Positions 28,141 to 38,317 are shown, numbered from the stretch's first letter. The stretch: DNA of 64,000 nucleotides from Pseudomonadota bacterium (GCA_018668255.1 JABISZ010000099.1:1918-65917); one strand, 5' to 3'. Program-made: numbers and translations. The notes: generated by a model not told the origin, from the letters alone.

Positions 28141-30252
28141 TTAAGTTGCCAAGGCCATAGCGGTTCCAACCTGATAGACCAGAAATGCTCCTCCATAACC
28201 CAGAGAAGTCATATATACCCACGAAATTATGGGCCATCTCCAGGTCTCAGTTTCTTTCCTTATCACTGCGACGGTAGCCATGCATTGGAGGCATAAAGCG
28301 TAAAAAACTAATAAGCCCAAAACCATAGGTATGGTATAGACTTTAGTCCCGTTTTCGTGTGCCGCATTTTTAATTTTCTCTGAAAGCGGTGCAGCTTTTC
28401 CATCCGAAGATAAGTCGATGGCATAAATTGTTGCCAAAGCGGCTATGACGATCTCGCGGGCGGGGAACGAAGCTATCACGGCAGCCGTAACTTTCCAATC
28501 CCAGCCTAGAGGAGCAAAGAGGGGATGAACAGCTTTGCTCATCTGCCCAAGATAGCTTTGAGATATAGATGGTGGCATCTCCGTTTTTGTTCCATTGCCC
28601 ATAGGAAAAGAAGCGAGTACCCAGACCAATACTGCGACAGAGAAAATTATAGTCCCAGCTCTTTTTAGGAAGACTACTGCACGCCCGTAAAGTTTAACAG
28701 CCACACTGGAGAGTTTAGGAAGCCGGTAGGGAGGCATTTCTAGGAGAAAAGTTGATTTTTTCCTTTTCCAAAAGAGGAGACTAACAATTAATGCGGTGAC
28801 ACCACCTCCTACTATCCCTAGTAGATAGAGGAATAGTAGTGTCAGACCTTGGAGGTAAATAAAACCCCCAAAAATATGGGTGTTAGGTATGAATGTTCCT
28901 ATCAACAAGGAATAAACTGGCAGTCGTGCCGAGCAAGTCATAAATGGCGCAGCTAATATTGTTGCAAGCCGGTCGTGACGGTCTGCCATAATTCTTGTAC
29001 CCATTATTCCCGGGACAGCACATGCAAAGCTGGATAGCATAGGGATAAAGGCTTGGCCTGATAATCCCATTCCTCTCATTACCCGATCCATTAGGAAAGC
29101 AGCTCGCGAAATATAGCCAGTGTCTTCCAATATAATTATAAATATAAATAAAATGAGTATTTGAGGTAGGAAAACGATGACGCTACCGACGCCGGAAATC
29201 AAGCCATTACTCACGAAGCTTGAAATCAGCCCATCGCCAAGGTAGTCACTACTAACTTGGGAAAGAGCTGCGACTCCCAGATTTATGAGCTCTATCAACG
29301 GAGAGGCCCACGCGAAAACCGCCTGAAATATAGTACCCATGGTTAGAACAAAAATAAGAGAACCGATCAAAGGATGATTTAAAACCCGATCTAAAATCTC
29401 TACAGCTTTATTTTTATTTGGATCCTGCACTGATTGCACTTTTTTAAGAGCTGCATTTATCCAGCTGTATCTGTCTCTTGCCTCTATCGCGCTGATACTA
29501 CGTCCTTTTCCGAGTCCACTGCGCAATTTATCGCGCAACTGGGAGTAGGGTTCGCCAAGTCTGCTAGAAAGACGCTTGTCGGCAAGTCCATTTTTGTCTA
29601 TAAATGCACGTCGCATCTCTATGGAGCTAACTTGGTGATTTGCGAATAGATCTAGTAATTGCTCGATTGCCTTATCAATGTCAGGGCAAATCGCTAAATC
29701 TCTGTTCGGTGTTGGCTTACGTAGGGTGTTCACGAGAGCCGCTTCTAGATTTGCAATTCCATCACCTGTGGAAGCGCTAACAGGAATCAAGGGAACGCTC
29801 AGGATTTCTTCTAAGATGGGATAATTAATTTCGATACCGAGTGAAGGTAAGCTGTCGGTCATATTTAAAGCAATTACAGCGGGTATTCCTGCCTCTAAAA
29901 CTTGAGTACATAAAAACAGGTTGCGGCGAAGGTTAGTGGAATCTAGCACTATAATTACGGCGTCAGGTAAAGGGATCTCTGGCACGGCACCTTGGAGGAC
30001 GTCCACCGCTACTATTTCATCAGGTGATTGTGCCGTTAGAGAGTAAGTTCCAGGCACGTCTACAAGCTGCACATCGAACTCTTCAAGGGCCAGGCGTCCT
30101 TTAGCATATTCGACAGTGACTCCAGGGAAGTTACTGACTTGCTGTCTAAGCCCAGTTAGTCTATTGAAAAGTGTGCTCTTACCAGTATTAGGATTTCCAA
30201 TTGTAGTGACTATTTTTGCATCTAGAGCAGTTTTTTCGGTTCCAAAATCCAT
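28141..30252 (-). CDS. feoB: ferrous iron transporter B
   Basis: 703 aa. N-terminal G-domain GNPNTGKSTLFN, DVPGTYSL; large C-terminal polytopic permease. Confidence 0.9.
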   Translation of the reverse strand: MDFGTEKTALDAKIVTTIGNPNTGKSTLFNRLTGLRQQVSNFPGVTVEYAKGRLALEEFDVQLVDVPGTYSLTAQSPDEIVAVDVLQGAVPEIPLPDAVIIVLDSTNLRRNLFLCTQVLEAGIPAVIALNMTDSLPSLGIEINYPILEEILSVPLIPVSASTGDGIANLEAALVNTLRKPTPNRDLAICPDIDKAIEQLLDLFANHQVSSIEMRRAFIDKNGLADKRLSSRLGEPYSQLRDKLRSGLGKGRSISAIEARDRYSWINAALKKVQSVQDPNKNKAVEILDRVLNHPLIGSLIFVLTMGTIFQAVFAWASPLIELINLGVAALSQVSSDYLGDGLISSFVSNGLISGVGSVIVFLPQILILFIFIIILEDTGYISRAAFLMDRVMRGMGLSGQAFIPMLSSFACAVPGIMGTRIMADRHDRLATILAAPFMTCSARLPVYSLLIGTFIPNTHIFGGFIYLQGLTLLFLYLLGIVGGGVTALIVSLLFWKRKKSTFLLEMPPYRLPKLSSVAVKLYGRAVVFLKRAGTIIFSVAVLVWVLASFPMGNGTKTEMPPSISQSYLGQMSKAVHPLFAPLGWDWKVTAAVIASFPAREIVIAALATIYAIDLSSDGKAAPLSEKIKNAAHENGTKVYTIPMVLGLLVFYALCLQCMATVAVIRKETETWRWPIISWVYMTSLGYGGAFLVYQVGTAMALAT

Positions 30253-30261
30253 GTGGTTATC

Positions 30262-30489
30262 TTAAATAGTGACGATTACCAGCTCCGCATCGGCTTTCCT
30301 CATGGATAGAGAATAACCTGAGACCCTTAGTTCTATAGGGTCCCCAGAAGGGGCTAGCCGTAAAATTTCGATTGCCGAACCTTCAGTGAGACCCATTTGA
30401 AGTAAATTTTCCACGGTTTGATCTGATTCCTGAAAGCCGCTGATTTCACCAGTCTGTCCTACGGACATTTTCGCTAGGGTCGTGTTCAC
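30262..30489 (-). CDS. feoA: ferrous iron transport protein A (FeoA domain)
   Basis: 75-aa SH3-like FeoA domain immediately upstream of feoB. Confidence 0.8.
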   Translation of the reverse strand: MNTTLAKMSVGQTGEISGFQESDQTVENLLQMGLTEGSAIEILRLAPSGDPIELRVSGYSLSMRKADAELVIVTI

Positions 30490-30746
30490 CCCCAGTGCAA
30501 TAGCTTGTAAAAAAGGCTTCTCTGCATTGATTTTGCTGGTGCAACATGTATCAACGATGCTTCTACTTGGCTAAGCGCCCATTTATCATTGTCGACTCCA
30601 ATAACACACGGATCTCCAACTGTTACTAGTTCGAGATTAATTCCAGGCACTATTCCTCTCGCTGCTAGATTGGCCGACACTTGATGAGAATTATCCAATT
30701 TAGTTATGACTGCGGATTCTCCTCTGCGTAGCTTGGATAGAGTCAT
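30486..30746 (-). CDS. feoA: ferrous iron transport protein A, second copy
   Basis: 86-aa FeoA-domain protein (...GDPCVIGVDNDKWALSQVEASLIHV...). ATGA overlap with the next feoA start. Confidence 0.75.
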   Translation of the reverse strand: MTLSKLRRGESAVITKLDNSHQVSANLAARGIVPGINLELVTVGDPCVIGVDNDKWALSQVEASLIHVAPAKSMQRSLFYKLLHWG

Positions 30747-30797
30747 TTTTCGCCCTCAATGTATCTGATTCTTAACGTACAAGTTGATTGTAAGCTA

Positions 30798-30817
30798 AAT
30801 AATAATAATTCGTAACT
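30798..30817 (-). promoter_or_regulatory. candidate Fur box upstream of the feoAAB operon
   Basis: AAATAATAATAATTCGTAAC, tandem nATwAT hexamers resembling the GATAATGATAATCATTATC Fur consensus, about 55-70 nt upstream of the first feoA start. Judged by eye only. Confidence 0.3.
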
Positions 30818-30870
30818 ACATTTGGAGAAAAGATAAGGGTGGACTAGAAGCACCTAAGTCCAGTGGCTAG

Positions 30871-32616
30871 TTAGCGGCGAGAAGTCAGTCGGTAGTAAGG
30901 AGCGATTTCAGGTGCTAGGTTGTCTAAATGAAGCTGTTTCATTGAATTCCAGTAGGACGGAGTAAAAATCTCACCATGCGAGTCGACTAGAATTTTTCGT
31001 AAATTTGCATTTAATCCTATGAACTTGACGAACTCTTGTGGAAAAATATCTGCCTTATCTACATGGAACCATGGTTTTGATCTTAGGTCGTCTTCAGGAA
31101 ATTTAGATTCTGGAATTTCTTTGAAAACACAGGAAGTTAAAAGAGAGAGCTCATCATAGTCATAAAAAATAACACGTCCTCTGCGAGAGACGCCAAAGTT
31201 TTTGATGAGAAGATCGCCTGGGAAAATGTTAGTCAAAGCCAAATCTTTAATTGCTTGGCCGTAATCAATAATAGTTTCAGCTATTTTCTCAGACTCCGTA
31301 TTTTTGATAAACAAATTAAGTGGAATCAATCGGCGTTCTGAGTAAAGGTGTCCTATCACCAGCTTTTCTCCAGATATGTGTGCAGTATCACCGCATTCAG
31401 ATAGTAGTTCTTCTAGAAGTTGTTTTGAAAACTGCTTGAGAGGAAACTCTATGTTTCTAAATTCTTGTGTGTCTATAAGTCTCCCTGCTCGATCGTGCTT
31501 GTATACAAATTGGTATTTCTTTTTAACTTCGTTGTGGGTCACCGTTTTAGGATGACCAAAATTATCTCGTAGCACTTTAAACACCAAGTCATAGGAAGGC
31601 ATAGTAAATACCAACATAACTAAACCACGTTCTCCTCGGGCATGTTCGAATTTATCTTCTTTTCCCGATGAGGCTAAATGTGTATAAAGTAATCGGGCCC
31701 GTTCCGTTTTCCCTTGGCGTGCACGACCTAGCATAGTGTGCAGCTCGTCCCTTGGCTTTTGTGGAATTAAAGAAGTTATAAAATGTACTGCACTCTCCAC
31801 CGGCTCTACATCTACCATAAAATAGGATCTGGTAAATCCAAATAAGACGCTGGTTTCATCTACAGTGTTTAATACGGCTTCTGTCTTAATGCCTAATTCA
31901 GTGTGCTCGAGTGCAATAATGAATGGCTGAAACTTTTCGGAGCCATATATTTTCCCCACTATAAATGCTCGGCTTGACTGATAAAAGATTTCTTTCATCA
32001 CCTCTATTCTCAGTACAGCGTTTTGATTTTCTTTGGCCGTTGGAATTGCGTTGACGATCTTTTGGCAGACAAAATCAACATCGTCGTCTAAGTCAACAAA
32101 GGGAGCACCAAATTCAAAATCTGAGAACAGGTGGTAGACCATTTCCCTAATTTCTCCCCAGTTCAAGTAATATTTAAGCTTTGGTTGGTACTTGACAGGT
32201 GCCAGAGACGACACTATTCCGGCCGTATCCGATATATGTTTCGGGTCTTTTCCTTCGCTATGTAGAACTGTTCGATAGACTGAGTTAAAGAATGTTTTAG
32301 CAAACTGCCCATGAGGAACGCCTGCTACTCTATCCCAATAGACTGATTGAATGGAATCCCAATCAGCCATTCCAAGGGGCATATTCTGATGCCTATCTTT
32401 GATCCCATTGACAGTGTTTAGAACTGATTTTTCGTAGAGCTCTATGCGTTCGCTTAAATCCGATCTTGCTCTGGCCCAGTCGCGAGTTTCAAAACGAACT
32501 TTTGCTTTTCGCGTTATAGCACGAAAATTATTGTCATAATCAACGAAGTTGCCGTATATCCACTTTGCCGAAGAACGGTAAGTGTGTTTATTTTGCCAGT
32601 TCTCCGCTTTTTTCAA
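30871..32616 (-). CDS. aceK: isocitrate dehydrogenase kinase/phosphatase
   Basis: 581 aa with blocks matching E. coli AceK (SVLFGFTRSYFMV, MLVFTMPSYDLVFKV, DTQEF.N..F, GHLY.ERR.IPLN, NIFPGDLL.KNFGV.R.GRV.FYDYDE). Apparent TTG start 15 nt after the icd stop. Confidence 0.9.
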   Translation of the reverse strand: MKKAENWQNKHTYRSSAKWIYGNFVDYDNNFRAITRKAKVRFETRDWARARSDLSERIELYEKSVLNTVNGIKDRHQNMPLGMADWDSIQSVYWDRVAGVPHGQFAKTFFNSVYRTVLHSEGKDPKHISDTAGIVSSLAPVKYQPKLKYYLNWGEIREMVYHLFSDFEFGAPFVDLDDDVDFVCQKIVNAIPTAKENQNAVLRIEVMKEIFYQSSRAFIVGKIYGSEKFQPFIIALEHTELGIKTEAVLNTVDETSVLFGFTRSYFMVDVEPVESAVHFITSLIPQKPRDELHTMLGRARQGKTERARLLYTHLASSGKEDKFEHARGERGLVMLVFTMPSYDLVFKVLRDNFGHPKTVTHNEVKKKYQFVYKHDRAGRLIDTQEFRNIEFPLKQFSKQLLEELLSECGDTAHISGEKLVIGHLYSERRLIPLNLFIKNTESEKIAETIIDYGQAIKDLALTNIFPGDLLIKNFGVSRRGRVIFYDYDELSLLTSCVFKEIPESKFPEDDLRSKPWFHVDKADIFPQEFVKFIGLNANLRKILVDSHGEIFTPSYWNSMKQLHLDNLAPEIAPYYRLTSRR

Positions 32617-32631
32617 GTTGTTGTGGCGCGA

Positions 32632-33927
32632 CTACAAATTCTTAATCAATGCACTAGCGAACTCGCTACATTTCACTTCGGTAGCCCCGTCCATCATTCG
32701 TGCGAAATCATAGGTTACTATTTTCTGTTTAATTGTTTTATCCATTGCCGTGATAACAAGATCCGCGGCCTGGCTCCATCCCATATAGCGAAGCATCATT
32801 TCGCCTGACAAAAGTAGAGAACCGGGGTTGACTTTGTCTTGTCCTGCATACTTTGGAGCTGTCCCGTGGGTAGCTTCAAAAATCGCATGACCGGTGTCAT
32901 AGTTAATGTTTCCACCTGGCGCGATGCCTATTCCTCCCACTTGTGCTGCTAATGCGTCAGACAAATAGTCCCCGTTAAGGTTCATAGTAGCTATTACATC
33001 AAACTCTGCTGGCCGTGTAAGTACTTGTTGCAGGGTAATATCAGCAATTGCATCTTTGACTAGAATTTTCCCAGAATCTAGTGCTTTCTCTTGTTCATTA
33101 TCGGCAGCCTCTTTCCCGTGTGACGCGGCAGTTCGATCGTACTGATCCCACGTATAGGTATCTTCTGCAAATTCAGTTTCTGCTAAATGGTAGCCCCAGT
33201 TTCGGAAAGCACCTTCTGTATATTTCATGATATTGCCTTTGTGGACAAAGGTTAGGCTTTCTCGTTTGTTGGCTATAGCATACTTAATCGCAGCCTTAAC
33301 AAGTCTTTCAGTTCCTTCTTGCGAGACAGGTTTAATGCCTATTCCGGAGGTGTTGGGGAAGCGAACTTTTTTATACAAATCTGGAAAATTACTTTTCATC
33401 AGCTCCATGAACTTTATATTCTCGGGACTCCCGCTTTCGAATTCGATGCCCGCATATATGTCTTCGGTGTTCTCACGAAAAATAACCATGTTTACGGCTT
33501 CAGGAAGTTTCACCGGTGAAGGTACGCCATCGAACCATCTAACCGGGCGCACGCAAACATAGAGATCTAGTATCTGGCGAAGAGCAACGTTGAGAGAGCT
33601 GATCCCACCTCCTATTGGTGTGGTAAGTGGGCCTTTTATTGCGATTAAAAACTCTCTGCAGGCATCTAAGGTTTCATCTGGCAACCAAGAGCCAGTTTCA
33701 TTGTTCGCCTTTTCTCCAGCTAAGACTTCCATCCAATGAATTTTACGGCTTCCGCCATAGGCTTTCTGAACCGCTGCATCAAGCACACGGCTCGCTGCAG
33801 GCCAGACATCAACACCTATGCCATCTCCTTCGATAAAAGGGACAATTGGGTTGTCAGGGACATTAAGGACATTATTTTCTATGGATATTTTCGAACCTTC
33901 TGCGGGCACTTTAAAGAAGTCAGACAC
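32632..33927 (-). CDS. icd: NADP-dependent isocitrate dehydrogenase (dimeric, E. coli type)
   Basis: 431 aa. ...[23 protein letters not shown]... (including the AceK-targeted Ser), ...[16 protein letters not shown]... Confidence 0.9.
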   Translation of the reverse strand: MSDFFKVPAEGSKISIENNVLNVPDNPIVPFIEGDGIGVDVWPAASRVLDAAVQKAYGGSRKIHWMEVLAGEKANNETGSWLPDETLDACREFLIAIKGPLTTPIGGGISSLNVALRQILDLYVCVRPVRWFDGVPSPVKLPEAVNMVIFRENTEDIYAGIEFESGSPENIKFMELMKSNFPDLYKKVRFPNTSGIGIKPVSQEGTERLVKAAIKYAIANKRESLTFVHKGNIMKYTEGAFRNWGYHLAETEFAEDTYTWDQYDRTAASHGKEAADNEQEKALDSGKILVKDAIADITLQQVLTRPAEFDVIATMNLNGDYLSDALAAQVGGIGIAPGGNINYDTGHAIFEATHGTAPKYAGQDKVNPGSLLLSGEMMLRYMGWSQAADLVITAMDKTIKQKIVTYDFARMMDGATEVKCSEFASALIKNL

Positions 33928-34090
33928 TATATTTGCTCCATTTTCGAGACGTTACGGGCTGATTTAAAGGTAAGATTTTATTAGAAACGATGTAGTTGTA
34001 CAATCTATCATGTAACTAAAAGGATAAATGTTCTGTATAAGCCTTCAATAACCTTTATTGTGAGTCGTTTCATTCCTAAATTGAGAGTTA

Positions 34091-34978
34091 ATGCTTGTAT
34101 GTCTTATGTCTAATCTAATTAATCAAAAATCATTGTCTTTAGTTATAGGCAATGGTTATTTAGGTCGTCATCTTGTCCCCTTGTTGAAGACCGAACTGTC
34201 GTGTGGCATTAGCCGTAGCTCAAAAAATCAAAGTTTCGTTCCAGCCACAGGAAGATTCACAAGTCTAGAGTGCGATATTTTTAATGAAAAAAAACTGAGT
34301 AAACTCTCTGCCAGCTTAGACAATACCTTGATGGACGTTTATTTCATGCTGCCACCCTCAACATTTCCCTCCGATGAGCCTGTGCGCGCCTTAGAACCAT
34401 TGTTCAGCTTGCTACGCTCTCTTACTGTAAGACGTATTGTGGTCGTGTCTAGTTCATCTGTTTATGGGACACAACGGGAAGGACTGGTTAACTCTGAAAG
34501 CGCAGTAGATATTTCTACAGAAAGGGCAGCTCGCATAGTACAGATTGAACAAGCTTGGGTTAGTTCTTTTTCAACAGTCGCTATCGTGCGTTTAGCAGGG
34601 CTCTACGGTCCAAATAGAGTTGTCGGGAAAGCGAGCGTTCTTGCTGGACAGGCTCTTGATGGAAGTGGTGACAGTTATATTAATCTTCTGAGGATTGAGG
34701 ATGCCGCGAATGCCATCCATTCGGTAATGAGTCTAAAGTATCTGAGGTTATTAAGTTTGTTTAGCGATGGATGCCCAGTTGAAAGGAGACAGTATTATCA
34801 ATTTATTGCGAAACAACTTGGAGGCTGCAAGCCGCCTAGTTTTAAAAAATCGGTAACAGGACCGAAAGGTTCTAAACGTTGTGATCCTTCAAGCTCATGG
34901 GACGCTATTTCTTGCAAGCCAGTATATGGTAACTACGAAGAAGGATTGCTGGATTTATTTTCTGGTGCACAAGCTTGA
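34091..34978 (+). CDS. NAD(P)-binding Rossmann protein (NAD-dependent epimerase/dehydratase-like, atypical SDR)
   Basis: N-terminal ...LVIGNGYLGRHLV..., ...VRLAGLYGP... Immediately upstream of the photolyase gene (36-nt gap). Confidence 0.6.
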   Translation: MLVCLMSNLINQKSLSLVIGNGYLGRHLVPLLKTELSCGISRSSKNQSFVPATGRFTSLECDIFNEKKLSKLSASLDNTLMDVYFMLPPSTFPSDEPVRALEPLFSLLRSLTVRRIVVVSSSSVYGTQREGLVNSESAVDISTERAARIVQIEQAWVSSFSTVAIVRLAGLYGPNRVVGKASVLAGQALDGSGDSYINLLRIEDAANAIHSVMSLKYLRLLSLFSDGCPVERRQYYQFIAKQLGGCKPPSFKKSVTGPKGSKRCDPSSSWDAISCKPVYGNYEEGLLDLFSGAQA

Positions 34979-35014
34979 TGTTGGAGGTCTTATACATCAT
35001 TCAAAGGGACTTAG

Positions 35015-36418
35015 GTGAGTCATAATATAGAACGCGAACAACCGATTATTGTCTGGTTCAGAGATGATTTTCGGCTGCAAGATAATCCGGCTTTTGATGC
35101 TGCAGTGAAAACTGGTCAATTAATTATTCCTGTTTTTACTTTAGAACCGAAAAATCGCTGGTCGTACGGCGAAGCGTCTAAGCTTTGGCTGGGTGCAACG
35201 CTCCGACAGCTCAACAGTGACCTAAAAGTACGAGGTAGCTATCTTGTGTGTTTGAAGGGTGAACCTAATACCCTTCTGCAGTTTTTAATTGAGAAGACAA
35301 ATGCGCGCTCGATATATTGGAACCGCCGCTACGATCCAAGTGGCGTATCGGTAGATAAAGCAATCTTTTCGAATTTGAAAAGTAGATGTGATATTAAAAG
35401 CTTTGAAGGTCGTCTCCTATCGGAGCCCACAACATTGAAAAGTGGGGGGGGGACTCCTTACAAAGTTTTCACGCCTTTCTACAAGATGTGCCTCAAGGTA
35501 GGCTTCGATATTGCCGTGTCTTCACCGCCTGATCGGATTATGTCCCCCTCTCTTTTGAATTTGGGCGATTCCCTTGAAAGTATTCTCCCGCAACCGCAGT
35601 TACAGTGGCAGAAGGTTTTGATAAAACAATGGTCAATAGGAGAGCGTGCTGCTCTGAAAAAATTAGATACATTCATTTCGGGCACTCTTCAGCAATATTC
35701 TGAAGGCCGAGATTTCCCGGGACGTGGACACATCTCGTTTTTGTCTCCTCATTTAAGATTTGGAGAAATCAGTATCCGCCGGGTTTGGTATGAGATTCAG
35801 TGCGCAGTAGAATTGGCGCCCCAACTAACAGCTTGTGCTGAGGCGTGGGGTCGGCAGCTTTTCTGGAGAGACTTTGCCTACAGCGTTTTATTTCATTTTC
35901 CGTATACTTCTGAAAAGCCTCTTCGTGGCGAGAGTAACGATTACCTTTGGTTAGACGATGAGGGCGGTTTCATTTCCTGGACTCAAGGAAAGACAGGTTT
36001 TCCTATAATTGATGCTGGAATGAGAGAGTTGTGGGCTACAGGGTTTATGCACAATCGAGTAAGAATGCTTGTTGCATCCTTCCTTTGCAAACATTTGGGT
36101 GTGCATTGGCTGAAAGGAGCTGAGTGGTTTTGGAATACTTTAGTTGATGCAGATCTTGCAAGTAACACATTCGGATGGCAGTGGTCAGCGGGTTGTGGAG
36201 CGGATGCCGCACCTTATTTCCGGATTTTTAATCCTGTGACACAAAGTAAAAAGTTTGATCCTGAGGGAGTATATATAAAAAGATGGATTCCAGAATTGAG
36301 ACATTTGACTAGCAAAACAATTCATGAGCCGGGCAATGAAGGTTATATGCAGCCAATAGTGGAACTTTCGGTTGGCCGTTCAGCCGCACTGGCTCGCTAT
36401 GCTAGATCAAAGTGCTGA
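35015..36418 (+). CDS. phrB: deoxyribodipyrimidine photolyase (CPD photolyase, class I / cryptochrome-photolyase family)
   Basis: 467 aa. N-terminal alpha/beta domain IVWFRDDFRLQDNPA; C-terminal FAD domain ...WREFA..., GFMHNRVRM..AS.L.K.L...W..G..WF...L.DADLASN..GWQW.AG.G.DA.PYFRIFNP... Confidence 0.9.
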   Translation: MSHNIEREQPIIVWFRDDFRLQDNPAFDAAVKTGQLIIPVFTLEPKNRWSYGEASKLWLGATLRQLNSDLKVRGSYLVCLKGEPNTLLQFLIEKTNARSIYWNRRYDPSGVSVDKAIFSNLKSRCDIKSFEGRLLSEPTTLKSGGGTPYKVFTPFYKMCLKVGFDIAVSSPPDRIMSPSLLNLGDSLESILPQPQLQWQKVLIKQWSIGERAALKKLDTFISGTLQQYSEGRDFPGRGHISFLSPHLRFGEISIRRVWYEIQCAVELAPQLTACAEAWGRQLFWRDFAYSVLFHFPYTSEKPLRGESNDYLWLDDEGGFISWTQGKTGFPIIDAGMRELWATGFMHNRVRMLVASFLCKHLGVHWLKGAEWFWNTLVDADLASNTFGWQWSAGCGADAAPYFRIFNPVTQSKKFDPEGVYIKRWIPELRHLTSKTIHEPGNEGYMQPIVELSVGRSAALARYARSKC

Positions 36419-36909
36419 AAATACTTTTTTTAGTGCCGTTATTGATTTTTGGTATACCGAAAGAATCATCTTGCAGAGAGATGCGCACTTTGATTGTGGA
36501 AAATAAAGCGCTGTTCAATGTTGAGTTGGCAAATGAACGATCGACTAGAGAACAAGGTTTGATGTTTCGTGAATCGCTGGCTGAGTGTCATGGGATGTGG
36601 TTTGACTTCGTAGACACGAAGCTCGTCTCGATGTGGATGAAAAATACAGCGATGTCGCTAGATATCGTTTTTGTCAATGAAGCTTTAGTTGTGGAGCACG
36701 TCATTGAAAGTACTGTGCCGTACTCATTGGCGTTACTGAGATCGGAAGTCCCGGTCAGGTACGCACTCGAGTTAATATCAGGAAGTATAAATTTATACAA
36801 TATCAATATCGGGGATCGGGTTATTCTCGGAAAAGAGCGTGGGAACGATAGAGACAATGACTATAAATATTCAGAAGGTGCCATATGCGCCCAGCTGAAA
36901 ACTAATTGA
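36412..36909 (+). CDS. DUF192 (COG1430) family protein
   Basis: Signal-peptide-like N-terminus; ...EQGLMFRESL..HGMWFDF...MWMKNTAMSLDIVFVNEALVV..., the hallmark DUF192 motifs. Overlaps the photolyase stop by 7 nt. Confidence 0.75.
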   Translation: MLKILFLVPLLIFGIPKESSCREMRTLIVENKALFNVELANERSTREQGLMFRESLAECHGMWFDFVDTKLVSMWMKNTAMSLDIVFVNEALVVEHVIESTVPYSLALLRSEVPVRYALELISGSINLYNINIGDRVILGKERGNDRDNDYKYSEGAICAQLKTN

Positions 36910-36915
36910 GTGTTC

Positions 36916-37365
36916 CTAAGGTACTGCTTTCCGAGCGCGCTTCGCAAACCAGTCGGGAACTTTTGGAACGCTAACAACGTCGTAATCATCATAAGGTTTT
37001 ATGTCCAAAATAGGGGACTTGTCGTAGGCGTCGAGTTTCCGCACGACAAGACCGGCGTTAGAGAGTTCTATGAGTTCAACTACCGCGAGCCCTATCGGGT
37101 TAGGGTGGTTGCGGCCTCGCGATGCTAGGGCGCCAGTTAATGGAAGACTGTTGTCGCCTCTAGGATAGCTGGAAAGCTGTGTAGGTAAAGTGACCTCATG
37201 CATCCAAAATAAAACTATGAGGTGGGAATATTGGTCGATGCCGGGCAAGCCCGCTTTGAATTGGTTAAAGATTTCCAGAGTAGAGAGCATAGTTTTTCTC
37301 TGTGCAGGTACTTCTTTGTTAGGGACAGAAGTGTGACAGAGCCCTATAGGTTGTAATTGAATCAT
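36916..37365 (-). CDS. TsaA/YaeB-like domain protein (tRNA m6t6A methyltransferase TrmO N-domain family)
   Basis: 149 aa. ...HLIVLFWMHEV..., ...RGRNHPNPIGLAVVELIEL..., ...PILDIKPY... matching the UPF0066/TsaA N-domain. No C-terminal domain. Confidence 0.7.
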   Translation of the reverse strand: MIQLQPIGLCHTSVPNKEVPAQRKTMLSTLEIFNQFKAGLPGIDQYSHLIVLFWMHEVTLPTQLSSYPRGDNSLPLTGALASRGRNHPNPIGLAVVELIELSNAGLVVRKLDAYDKSPILDIKPYDDYDVVSVPKVPDWFAKRARKAVP

Positions 37366-37428
37366 TTTTCTCTGCCTTCTAAATTAGGTGTTAATTCTTG
37401 TTATCGTTCTTACTTTCTAGCGAGTATT

Positions 37429-37767
37429 TTAAGACAGTATTTTTAAGAAAAATGGAGCCCAGCAAGCTAAGAGCAAAAAGTACACAATTGACTCGGTTTT
37501 GATTATTTTATTAAACCTTGGTTTCTCCGATTCGTCACTATCTGATCTGAAGACAAATGCCATAGTGATGTCTAAAGGAACGGCGAACACTAGCATCATG
37601 ACTATTGATGGTGCGAGTACGGATGGGATTAGCCGCCAATCGTGCATGTAGGTGATCCCATCAGCAAGAAAGGAGAGCCCGATTAACACTAGGCAGAGAC
37701 TGATGAGGACTAATCTTAAAACGCCAAAATCAGCATAATTTTGATTTATTTTTCTTAGGGTATTCAT
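37429..37767 (-). CDS. hypothetical small membrane protein (3 predicted TM segments)
   Basis: 112-aa hydrophobic ORF; no family recognised. Confidence 0.4.
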   Translation of the reverse strand: MNTLRKINQNYADFGVLRLVLISLCLVLIGLSFLADGITYMHDWRLIPSVLAPSIVMMLVFAVPLDITMAFVFRSDSDESEKPRFNKIIKTESIVYFLLLACWAPFFLKILS

Positions 37768-37993
37768 TTTTTTCCTTCAGGAAACAATAATATCATTATT
37801 AATCAATAGGTTAGAGGTAGAAATAATGTTCTATATCTATTTGATGTACGTCGCTTAGTAGCGTATCATTTTAAACGTTTGAAAGGGAGTTAAGTAAAAA
37901 GATAGCCTGAGACGCACACTAGATATTGTGCCGTACCAGACTATAACCTACAACATCTACTATAACCCTTTAAAAAAGGGGGGAGAATATTCA

Positions 37994-38218
37994 ATGTTAG
38001 ATACTGCAAAAAGATTCCTACGTGAAGTCGTCGAGATTGGCCTGTTGTTGATTGCTGTTGCGGTCATACTTCAAGTTATTTTTGGGGCGGCCCTGCCTTT
38101 TCTAGGCGGAGACGTGGTAGGCAACCTATTAGGTATAATAACAACACTTGGAGAAGGTGGACTTGTTGGTCTGATTGCTGTGGGGATAATCCTCTATCTG
38201 ATCAATAAAAACTCTTAA
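37994..38218 (+). CDS. hypothetical small membrane protein (about 74 aa, 2 TM, Gly-rich)
   Basis: ATG at 37994 with GGGGGAG RBS; followed directly by a strong intrinsic terminator. Confidence 0.45.
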   Translation: MLDTAKRFLREVVEIGLLLIAVAVILQVIFGAALPFLGGDVVGNLLGIITTLGEGGLVGLIAVGIILYLINKNS

Positions 38219-38237
38219 TATCCGACTTGTTCGGTTT

Positions 38238-38268
38238 AAAGCCTCTGGTTTCCAGAGGCTTTTTTTTT
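38238..38268 (+). terminator. rho-independent terminator
   Basis: AAAGCCTCTGG-ttt-CCAGAGGCT hairpin followed by T8. Confidence 0.7.
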
Positions 38269-38317
38269 ACCTGGAAGTATTCATGTAAAAAATGCTTTTC
38301 GTAACTATAGGGGCATC

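Noticed and set aside
30262-30746. Possibility that the two FeoA ORFs are one frameshifted gene
   Set aside because: Each encodes a complete about 70-aa FeoA SH3-like domain, and the ORFs are joined by a typical ATGA stop/start overlap. This is tandem duplication, not a pseudogene.
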